Shown here: piece after piece, positions 18,596 through 25,676 of the stretch
Position numbering within the stretch: position 1 is the stretch's first letter
Layout: the number at the start of each line of letters is the position of its first letter
Assembly (NCBI GenBank): GCA_000092065.1
Contig: CP000592.1
Strand: one strand, 5' to 3'
DNA: 64,000 nt
DNA from: Ostreococcus lucimarinus
Lineage: Eukaryota
Notes under the pieces: model-generated
Told to the model about the DNA's origin: nothing
Database searches by the model: none
The model's input: only the letters and a program-made list of their open reading frames with translations
Made by a program: the position numbers and the translations under genes

Positions 18596-18912
18596 TTGCC
18601 GCCGGTGCCGCCGCCGGTGCCGCCGTCGCCGCCGTGACCGCCGCCGGTGCCGCCGTCGCCGCCGTGACCGCCGCCGTGACCGCCGTGACCGCCGCCCTGA
18701 CCGCCGCCGTGACCGCCGTGACCGCCGCCGTGACCGCCGCCGTGACCGCCGTGACCGCCGCCCTGACCGCCGCCGTGACCGCCGTGACCGCCGCCCTGAC
18801 CGCCGACAGCGTGACCGCCGACGTGACCGCCGTCACCCTCGCCGCGCGCCGCGTCGTCCGCGCGATCCGCCTCCTCCGTCGTCGCCGCCGTCACCGCGCC
18901 GCGTCGCGTCAT
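16744..18912 (-). CDS. Gly/His/Asp-rich repeat protein with two duplicated Cys-rich modules and a C-terminal transmembrane anchor (family unknown)
   Basis: The minus-strand ORF carries (GGGHGGHGG)n and poly-Gly tracts, then two about 90-aa modules that conserve all Cys positions (CEGFCQAKTDADSCDAMLACEWGD...CVPHPESYAMGFDACPKTFGELQTFVKT...CEANAGCEFD, and CVEVCREGTDADSCTSMIACEWNE...CVPHPESDAMGFDVCPRTFGDLQTFVKE...CEANAGCEFD). These are separated by (EGG)n/(DGG)n linkers and followed by about 9 GGYPVGGDGTTGG repeats and a TM helix plus basic tail (LTGFLALAFVAYRRHRH...). Conservation between the two modules argues that this strand is coding. The start codon is uncertain: the first internal ATG is at 18912 and the track start at 19095 lies in an AT-rich promoter-like repeat. 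No signal peptide was identified. Confidence 0.4.
16920..17270. repeat. About 36-39 bp tandem repeats (about 9 copies) encoding GGYPVGGDGTTGG-type units
   Basis: ccgccgacggggtaaccgccgccggtggtgccgtcg is repeated with minor variants, and the track ORFs on both strands show the same periodicity. Confidence 0.8.
18330..18830. repeat. Long GGN/CCN triplet-repeat tract (Gly-rich on minus, Pro-rich on plus)
   Basis: (gccgcc)n, (ccgccggtg)n and (gtgaccgcc)n runs. Minus-strand translation gives GGGGG...GGTGGNGGG and (GGHGG)n. Plus-strand translation gives PPPPPP... Confidence 0.8.
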
Positions 18913-19043
18913 CGCGCGTTCGAGCGTTCGAGTACGTTCGCGGTCGCGCGCGCGCGTCGCGGGAGCGCTCGCGTGTGTCGCGCGCGCGTCGTTCGCCGTC
19001 GACGACGCCGATCCATCATCGCTGACGCGGATCGGGGGTGTTG

Positions 19044-19300
19044 CGCAGAGTCGGAATCTTCGATATACCGTAAATATACGCCTTTGTATGTACATTAAAC
19101 ACGTAGAGTAACTCGTAACACCCCATCAATATGCGTGGAGCGAGACGCGCGGCGTGCGACCTCTCTGTGTGTGACGCAGCGTCGGAATCTTCGATATGCC
19201 GTAAATCTACTCTTGTGTATGTACATTAAACACGTATAATCACTAGTAACACTCTATGTGTGGAAACGCGTGCGACCTCTCTGCGTGCCCAGACTGCGCG
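19044..19300. repeat. AT-rich tandem duplication, about 130 bp x 2, in the intergenic/promoter region
   Basis: Copy 1 (about 19044-19175) and copy 2 (about 19176-19300) share gcAGnGTCGGAATCTTCGATATnCCGTAAAT.TAC...TGTATGTACATTAAACACGTA.A.T.ACT.GTAACAC followed by ...GTGCGACCTCTCTG.... Each copy contains the palindromic core ATGTACAT. The GC content is sharply lower than in the flanks. Confidence 0.7.
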
Positions 19301-19524
19301 CCATACGCACGACACGATTCGCCGCGCGCGTCGCGCGGACGCGCGAACGCCAGCGCGACGCGCGGATGCTCGCGCGCGCGATCGCGCGCGTCGAACCGCG
19401 ACCGCGCGGCGACGCGCGCGCGACGCGACGAGCGGCGATTCGACCGAACGCGGCGACGAATCGTTCGATGATCGCGCGCGCGATTCGAAATCGCGCGATT
19501 CGAACGACGCGCGCGCGATTCGCG

Positions 19525-20094
19525 ATGGACGGGACGTCGGCGCGCGCGATGGGGACGTCGGAGACGGTGGCGACGGCGACGCGCGTCGGGAGCGCGCGAG
19601 AGGGGTCGGGAGCGACGGCGGGCGCGCGAGCGACGACGCCGGTGCGAGGCGCGCCGCCGTTGCCGCCGGCGGCGGCGAGAGCGCCGACGCGGGCGCCGAC
19701 GGGAGGCGCGGGGACGACGGGACGCGAGCGCGACGGCGGAGGGAAACCCGCGCTGGGGGGGATCGTGCCGGAGGACATCGACGCGGTGTATCATCAGATG
19801 CAACACTTGGGGAATAAGTGGGCGGACGCGCACGCGGAGGCGGAGATGCTGGAGGAGGCGAAGAAGTGCGTGTTGGCGACGATCACGCTGCATTACATCG
19901 GGGACGGTGGTACGAAGGCGGCGGCGGAGGTGCAGGCGTACGCGTCGCAGGAGTATCAGGATCACATTAAACGCATGGTCGAGGCGCGGAGACGGGCGAA
20001 TTTGGCCAAGATCGAGCTCGAGAGCATCAAGACGCACTTAAACTTGACGAGGACGTACGAGGCGACGCGACGGGAGGAGATGAAGATGCTCTGA
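19525..20094 (+). CDS. Hypothetical coiled-coil protein (family not recognised)
   Basis: The C-terminal 110 aa have normal complexity and a predicted helical/coiled-coil character (IVPEDIDAVYHQMQHLGNKWADAHAEAEMLEEAKKCVLATITLHYIGDGGTKAAAEVQAYASQEYQDHIKRMVEARRRANLAKIELESIKTHLNLTRTYEATRREEMKML*). The upstream part of the track ORF is Arg-rich. The proposed start is ATG at 19525 (MDGTSARAMGTSE...), which is uncertain. Confidence 0.35.
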   Translation: MDGTSARAMGTSETVATATRVGSAREGSGATAGARATTPVRGAPPLPPAAARAPTRAPTGGAGTTGRERDGGGKPALGGIVPEDIDAVYHQMQHLGNKWADAHAEAEMLEEAKKCVLATITLHYIGDGGTKAAAEVQAYASQEYQDHIKRMVEARRRANLAKIELESIKTHLNLTRTYEATRREEMKML

Positions 20095-20187
20095 GCGCGA
20101 TGCGACGGATTTTTCATCGATTTTTGTGCGCTGTGTGAATGACAACGAAATTTTCATGAAATCTACAAACGACCGACGCGTCTCGCT

Positions 20188-21252
20188 CTAAAGCGCGTCT
20201 AGGCCGAGCTCGGCGCTGTATCCGCCCATCTTCTTCGCGTCGCTCACGAGCTCGACCATGCGCGCGACGCCGCCGCCGATCTGAATCATCGTCGCGCATC
20301 CCTCGGAAAGGCGCAAATGCGTGAATCCTATGATGCGAATCAACTCGAGCTTGATGAACTCTGGCATCGCCGTATCGTCAAAATTTTTACACACTCGGTA
20401 CATGGTGCCGATGATGTCGAACACCGAATACCCTTGGTCGTGCAGCGACTTCAAGCGCGCGTACGCGTCATCGACGTTCCCTTGCAAAATGAACGAAAAC
20501 GCGTCTCGCACGATGTTCGGATGCGGTTGATCGCACACTCGAAACACGTTTTCCTCGTTCACCATCCCGAAACCGAGCGCCGTCGATTGCAAGTTATTCA
20601 ACGCCTGTCTCATGTCCCCATCCGCGGTGAACACGATCGCCTCTAAACCTTTCGGCACGTACGTCACCTTCTCCGCCTCCACCACGGTCATCAACCTCTT
20701 CAAAACCTGTGCGTCCGTCAGTTTCCCGAACCGCACGATCGCGCACCGCGACTGAATCGGTTCGATCACCTTCTCACTCGTGTTACACGCCAACGCAAAC
20801 CGCGTCGTCGCGCTGTAAATCTCCATCGTTCTTCGCATCGCTTGCTGCGCCGCCGTCGTCATGCTATCCGCCTCGTCCAATATCACCAGTTTCGTTCGTC
20901 CCGGCGCGAGCGTCACCTTTTTCTGCGCAAACATTTTAATCTTATTCCTCACCACATCGATCCCTCGCTCGTCGCTCGCGTTCATCTCCAGCACCGCCTC
21001 CTTGTATTTATCTCCCAGCAGCTCTCGCGCCAGCACGCCGATCGCGGACGTCTTCCCGCACCCCGGGGGACCGGAAAAGATCAAGTTTGGCATGAAGCCG
21101 CTCCGCACCATGGTTCGCATGCGATCGACCGCGTCGTCGTTCCCGACGAGATCGTCCAGGGTCTTGGGGCGGTACTTCTCGACCCACGGCATGCCGTCGT
21201 CGCTTTTGGGCTTCTGCGCCGCGCGCAGGGCGGCGAAGGCGTCGGCGACCAT
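20188..21252 (-). CDS. RFC: Replication factor C small subunit (AAA+ clamp loader; RFC2/RFC4-like)
   Basis: [21 protein letters not shown]..., Walker [23 protein letters not shown] (DEAD-like Walker B), SRC motif ([13 protein letters not shown]). 354 aa. ATG at 21252. Confidence 0.9.
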   Translation of the reverse strand: MVADAFAALRAAQKPKSDDGMPWVEKYRPKTLDDLVGNDDAVDRMRTMVRSGFMPNLIFSGPPGCGKTSAIGVLARELLGDKYKEAVLEMNASDERGIDVVRNKIKMFAQKKVTLAPGRTKLVILDEADSMTTAAQQAMRRTMEIYSATTRFALACNTSEKVIEPIQSRCAIVRFGKLTDAQVLKRLMTVVEAEKVTYVPKGLEAIVFTADGDMRQALNNLQSTALGFGMVNEENVFRVCDQPHPNIVRDAFSFILQGNVDDAYARLKSLHDQGYSVFDIIGTMYRVCKNFDDTAMPEFIKLELIRIIGFTHLRLSEGCATMIQIGGGVARMVELVSDAKKMGGYSAELGLDAL

Positions 21253-21304
21253 GGCGAGGAGTGACGCGATCTGGCTGTCAGATTTAAAAAAATGATTTCG
21301 ACGC

Positions 21305-21334
21305 GAACGCGAACGCGAACGCGAACGCGAACGC
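21305..21334. repeat. (GAACGC)5 hexanucleotide microsatellite between the RFC 5' end and the Nudix 3' end
   Basis: Five perfect tandem copies of gaacgc. Confidence 0.85.
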
Positions 21335-21414
21335 GACGACGCGACGCGACGTCTGACTAACGGCTAATCGTGACTACAATCTAAATAATATAGTCCGCGA
21401 TTTACGAACGGTCG

Positions 21415-22113
21415 CTACGCCGCGGTGGCGTCGCAGTCGGCGTCGGCGACGAACGCGCGAAGCCGCTCGAAGAAGAGCTCGCGATACAGCGGCGAGCGAG
21501 GCACGTACTCGTACGGCCCCTTCGCCCCGACCGCGTCCACGCGCGCGGCGGCGTCCGCCAACGCGCGCTCTAACGCATCGAATTCAATCCATTTCGTCGC
21601 CGTGACTTCGGCCAAACCGATCGCGAATTCATCCTCGTCGTCTTCGCCTTCGTCCCGTCGCGTCCATCGCGCGAAGTACACGTCCTCGAAACAGTTACAC
21701 CCCCCGAACGACGCCTGCGCCGCCGGCACCGTGAACTGAAACACCAGCGCGTCTTCGCGCTCTAACTCAACCCCGAGCTCCTCCGCCAGCTCGTGTCGCG
21801 CCGTTCGCCTCGACGATCCGCCGTCCTCCGCGCCGACGTGTCCCGCCGCGCCGACGTCCCACGCGCCGGGAAACGTGTCCTTCATCGCGCTTCGCTTCTG
21901 CACCACCACGCTTCGCGTTCGCGCGTCCACGAGCCACACGTGCGCGCTCCGGTGCCAATCACCGTCCGCGTGGACGTCCGCGCGCCGCTTCACCGCGCCC
22001 GTGGGCGTCGGCGCGTCGACGAACGCGTCGAAATCATCGCCGGGCGGCGCCATGACTTCAAACATCTCATCGCTCGATTGCGCGCTCGTCAGCGCGCGCG
22101 CGTTCTCGCGCAT
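21415..22113 (-). CDS. Nudix hydrolase
   Basis: Nudix box GHVGAEDGGSSRRTARHELAEELGVE (G.5E.7REL.EE.G). The fold starts at about ...ADVHADGDWHRSAHVWLV. The proposed start is ATG at 22113 (MRENARALTSAQSSDEMFEV...); other in-frame ATGs lie at 22065 and 22053. The remaining 170 N-terminal aa of the track ORF are Arg-rich junk that overlaps the ferredoxin-like gene on the other strand. Confidence 0.7.
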   Translation of the reverse strand: MRENARALTSAQSSDEMFEVMAPPGDDFDAFVDAPTPTGAVKRRADVHADGDWHRSAHVWLVDARTRSVVVQKRSAMKDTFPGAWDVGAAGHVGAEDGGSSRRTARHELAEELGVELEREDALVFQFTVPAAQASFGGCNCFEDVYFARWTRRDEGEDDEDEFAIGLAEVTATKWIEFDALERALADAAARVDAVGAKGPYEYVPRSPLYRELFFERLRAFVADADCDATAA

Positions 22114-22239
22114 GCCGCCGTCGCGCGCGTCCGCGTCGTCGGCGCGCGCTCTCTCGCGCGCGGCCGTCGCGGCGTCGCGCGCGTCGCGGAGTCGCGCGCG
22201 CCGACGACGCACTCCGCGACGCCACGATCGACGCGCGTC

Positions 22240-22812
22240 ATGGCGCTCCGACGCGCGGGCGCGGCGCTCGCGCGACCGCTCGGGCGCGGATACGCATCGT
22301 GCGTGCGCGCGCGATCGACGCGCGCGACCGCGGACGCGCGCGCGCGCTTCGACGACGCGCGAGGGCGAACGCGCGCGGAAACCTCGCGCGCGCGCGGCGT
22401 TCGACGACGACGCGCGCGAGCGCGCGAGCGACGCGACGACGCGACTGACGAGCGCGCGCGGTGATGACGCGTCGCGCGCAGGATCTCGGTGACGGTGATG
22501 CGCGACGGCGTGCGCGCGACGATCGACGCGCGCGAGGGCGAGACGCTGGCGAGCGCGTTGGCGCGAGACGCGACGATGAAATCCGCGGTGCCGGTGATGA
22601 GCATCGATCGAGGACCGGACGCGCACGTCGTGATTCCCGATGCATTCTTGAAGCGGCTCCCGGCGCTGGACGCGCTGGAGATGGATAAACTAGAGGACGT
22701 CGCGGCGGGGTTGGGCGCGAATTCGCGCCTGGCGAGTCAGGTGACGCTGACCAAGGAGGTCGACGGATTAGTCGCGGCGATCGCGAAAGTGTACCCCGAG
22801 AACCCGATGTAA
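22240..22812 (+). CDS. Adrenodoxin-fold (2Fe-2S ferredoxin-like) protein lacking all four cluster-ligating cysteines, two exons, with a mitochondrial-type presequence; possible complex I ferredoxin-like (C1-FDX-type) subunit
   Basis: Exon 2 (22481-22812) encodes ISVTVMRDGVRATIDAREGETLASALARDATMKSAVPVMSIDRGPDAHVVIPDAFLKRLPALDALEMDKLEDVAAGLGANSRLASQVTLTKEVDGLVAAIAKVYPENPM*. This aligns with vertebrate-type adrenodoxin ([29 protein letters not shown]...CEGTLACSTCHLIF...LDKLP...E.DMLD.A..L...SRLGCQI.LT.ELDG). The CxxxxxCxxC loop and the final Cys are replaced (RLGCQ becomes RLASQ). An in-frame stop lies just upstream (tga tga at 22462-22467), so the protein needs a 5' exon. Exon 1 at 22240-22298 (ATG...MALRRAGAALARPLGRGYA, phase 2) ends at a GTGCGT donor. 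Intron at 22299-22480 has ACTGAC 29 nt before the GCGCAG acceptor, and the TC+G junction gives Ser. Confidence 0.55.
22299..22480 (+). other. Intron of the ferredoxin-like gene (182 nt)
   Basis: GTGCGT donor. ACTGAC at 22444-22449. Acceptor GCGCAG at 22475-22480. Phase-2 junction restores the adrenodoxin-fold frame. Confidence 0.5.
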
Positions 22813-22825
22813 GTAACGTTTCTTA

Positions 22826-25312
22826 TCACAAATTGCGCGGCGCGGTCGACGTAGGACAGAACGGGTTCGGTCTGTGTGTCATTCGAAAGTGGATCTCTCT
22901 CGCGCGCGAGCGCGGGCTGAGCGAGTCGACGGAACGAGGGACGCCGGGAGGTCGCGCCGTGAGCGCAGACGACGGCTTACACTTCGGACGTTTCGTCGTC
23001 GACTGAGTCGCAGCACTTCGTTGTACGGGGTTATCGTCTTCTGAATCAGAGATCACGATGACGTCGGGTTCGCGTTTCCTCTTACCCGGCGCCCTCGCGC
23101 CGCCCGCGCCGCAAAATTCCGCGGCTTCGCGAATCGCTCGTCGATATTCTTCCTCTTCATCGAGTTCAGAGTCCTCGCCGTCGTCGTCAGTTTTCACCAA
23201 CTCGATCGTTTCTTTCGACTCCACGTTCGGTGTTTCGGCGACGGTGACGCCGTTGACTTTCGTCGCCGTGCTCGTCGGACTTCCGTCGTCGCCGTCGAGT
23301 TTCCAAGTGACGCTGTAACCCGAAATCACCGGCGCGTACCATCTCAGTTGCGATGCATCTAACGGGGGCGCGCCTGCATCTTCGCGAGGACGCCAATGTC
23401 CGTCTTTGTTTATCTCTATTCGGCTCACCTTGCTCAACGCTCGTTCTGTAACTTTATCCACGCAGTACTTGATGAAGCTGTCGACGCGCAAATCCGACGG
23501 ACCGCCCTTTTTACCACACTCCGGACAGCACCACTTTCGACTCACCGTGTTGAGTTGCAAAAAGCTCTCCGCGTCGAACGCATGCAAGCCAACGCACGAA
23601 GATAATCTCGCCGGATTGCGACAAACTTGCCCACTAATTGGACAACGTAGCGAGACCAACGCGACGTCTTCCATGATGACTTCGTCGTCCTTCTCGGTGA
23701 ATCCGAGATGTTTGAGTGCATTTCGTAGCGCCACACCCACGGAGGCGGCTTTTGGTATAGACGCCGCGACTTCTTCGAGCGTGCGCTTTCGTACGATACG
23801 CAAAGCGATCATGAAAGCGCCGCGTCTATCTCGATGAAACATGCGGAAATGATTTGAACCGCTTCGCAAGCGAGACGCGGGAATGCGCACCGAGGGATCT
23901 CTCGTCGACTTGGTCACGCTCTTCACCGTCGATCGCTTGACCACGGTCAACGTGTGATCGTTCGCGGTGAGGTATACGTCTAATGGCCACTGCATGCGTT
24001 CCTTCACATCGTCGTTTTGTAACATGCACACCGCTTGCAGCTCGAACTCGTCCTCGCGTTGTAAAAAGTGCAAATCCGTGGCGGACAAAAAGAAGCACTG
24101 CTGGAACGTCTTCATCGGCACGACTTTTTGTGGTTTCACTAAATCACCTGGAGGATACGATGGATTGTCCGCCGATGAGATCATTTCAAACATGGGATCA
24201 GCCTTCTCCAGCCGCTGATAGAACGTGCGCTCCTCCGGCGTCGCTCCGGGAAGCGTAGCCGCGGCTTTCGACGGCGCGTTGGCGCGCGCCTCTGGCGAAG
24301 ATACTTTTTCAGCCTTTTTCATCGGCGATGCGCGCGCCATGACTTCGCGTCGAAACATTTCTCTACTTAAATTTTCCATCCCAGCGTTCTCGTCAGCCGT
24401 GGGCGGTGGACCCGCCGTCGCCGTCGAACCCGTCGCCGGAGGCGCCGTCGCCGTCGAACCCGTCGCGCGCCTGTCTTCAGCACACTTCGGCTTTGATCGC
24501 CAGTACGGAAACATCGACGCATTCTCAGGCGCTCTGACGTACGCTAAAGCTCTCCGGACCTCGCCGTGAATCCTATCCGGCGTCAACGAGTGCACTTGTT
24601 CTATCGGAGACTGTTGCCCAAACAGGCTGTACAACCTATCCATCGCCCGCGCGTTCGCCCTGGGATCGTTCGACCAATGCCCCTCACCGCAGAACCGCGC
24701 CGGTGGCAACATCGGACAATCCATCGCATCGATCCACTGCCGTTTACTCAGCGGCAATTCCTCGTACACCGCGTCGTACAACAGGTACGCTCGCTCCGCC
24801 CTCGACGTCTCCGTCGAGTAATATCCGTCGACGCTCGAATTCGCCAACGCGTACCGCTCCTTCCAAACCCTCCCCGCGCTCGCCTGATCGCTCGCCGTCG
24901 CGAACGATTCCTCCTCGCCCGCCTTGACGCACACGAACGCGTCCTCGAACGCGCATCCCGCCCCGTCGCGCACCATCCTCAGCGTCGCTCGCGCCGCGTC
25001 GCCTCGCCGCGTCGTCCCTCTCGCGAATCCTCTCCCCATCTGCCCCACGATCGCCCTCACGAGCGCCGCCTTCGTCCCGCTCTTCCGCAGGCTCATCGCG
25101 TCGCACATCGCGCGCAGTTCCTCGCACTGCATCGACGCGAGCGCCCTCGCGACGTCCTCGCGCGCGTCGCGTCGCAGGACGCACGCGAGGACATCCTTTC
25201 CCGTCGCTCGCTCAAACTCCGCGATCGAGCACGGCGCGAGCGGGTGGTGGAGCGGGCGCATCGCGTCGGAGCGCGACTCGCGCGCGCGCGCGTCGTCGGG
25301 CGGCATCGGCAT
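22826..25312 (-). CDS. SP-RING (MIZ-type) SUMO E3 ligase of the PIAS/SIZ family, with an N-terminal SAP domain
   Basis: SAP-like LRAMCDAMSLRKSGTKAALVRAI. SP-RING SLRCPISGQVCRNPARLSSCVGLHAFDAESFLQLNTVSRKWCCPECGK. Acidic/Ser-rich C-terminus. 828 aa. ATG at 25312. Confidence 0.8.
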   Translation of the reverse strand: MPMPPDDARARESRSDAMRPLHHPLAPCSIAEFERATGKDVLACVLRRDAREDVARALASMQCEELRAMCDAMSLRKSGTKAALVRAIVGQMGRGFARGTTRRGDAARATLRMVRDGAGCAFEDAFVCVKAGEEESFATASDQASAGRVWKERYALANSSVDGYYSTETSRAERAYLLYDAVYEELPLSKRQWIDAMDCPMLPPARFCGEGHWSNDPRANARAMDRLYSLFGQQSPIEQVHSLTPDRIHGEVRRALAYVRAPENASMFPYWRSKPKCAEDRRATGSTATAPPATGSTATAGPPPTADENAGMENLSREMFRREVMARASPMKKAEKVSSPEARANAPSKAAATLPGATPEERTFYQRLEKADPMFEMISSADNPSYPPGDLVKPQKVVPMKTFQQCFFLSATDLHFLQREDEFELQAVCMLQNDDVKERMQWPLDVYLTANDHTLTVVKRSTVKSVTKSTRDPSVRIPASRLRSGSNHFRMFHRDRRGAFMIALRIVRKRTLEEVAASIPKAASVGVALRNALKHLGFTEKDDEVIMEDVALVSLRCPISGQVCRNPARLSSCVGLHAFDAESFLQLNTVSRKWCCPECGKKGGPSDLRVDSFIKYCVDKVTERALSKVSRIEINKDGHWRPREDAGAPPLDASQLRWYAPVISGYSVTWKLDGDDGSPTSTATKVNGVTVAETPNVESKETIELVKTDDDGEDSELDEEEEYRRAIREAAEFCGAGGARAPGKRKREPDVIVISDSEDDNPVQRSAATQSTTKRPKCKPSSALTARPPGVPRSVDSLSPRSRAREIHFRMTHRPNPFCPTSTAPRNL

Positions 25313-25676
25313 CGCGCGCGTCGCGTCGCCGCGCGTCGCGCGATGGCGTGCGCGCGTCGTCGCGTCGTCGCGCCGGCATGGGTATATGGCGTCTACACTA
25401 CGTTCGTGTACACAGTACAGTACGCATGTAGAGATCGATATGAGACCTCGAGTGTGTGTATAGTAGACCTCTCACTGGTTCGCAGTGGACGGGGCGAAAA
25501 CCCGGAAACCAACGTCGCCGCCGCGGCATCGCGCGACGCGCGATCGATCGAGCGACGCCCCGGCGCGCGCGACGGACGCGCGCGAGGTCGGACGCGCGCG
25601 CGCGACCGTCGACGCGGCGCGCGCGCGTCGTTTCCGGGAGCGGAAGCGCCGGAACGCGCGAAGGGCGAACGTCAAC

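Noticed and set aside
17513-18637. Pro/Ser-rich extensin-like ORFs on the plus strand (SPPSPPSPP..., PPPPPPPP)
   Set aside because: They are the antisense reading of the GGN-repeat gene. The duplicated Cys-rich modules are conserved only in the minus-strand frame, so the plus-strand HRGP-like ORFs are most likely not coding. This is kept as an open alternative in the findings.
19096-19257. AT-rich island considered as a possible small RNA gene (snRNA or snoRNA)
   Set aside because: No match to U1/U2/U4/U5/U6 conserved boxes that I can recall. It is interpreted as a duplicated promoter module instead, reported as a finding with that caveat.
21340-21420. TCTGACTAAC (yeast-like branch-point sequence) in the RFC/Nudix spacer
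   Set aside because: It lies on the plus strand in a region with only minus-strand genes and has no associated donor or acceptor, so it is likely incidental.
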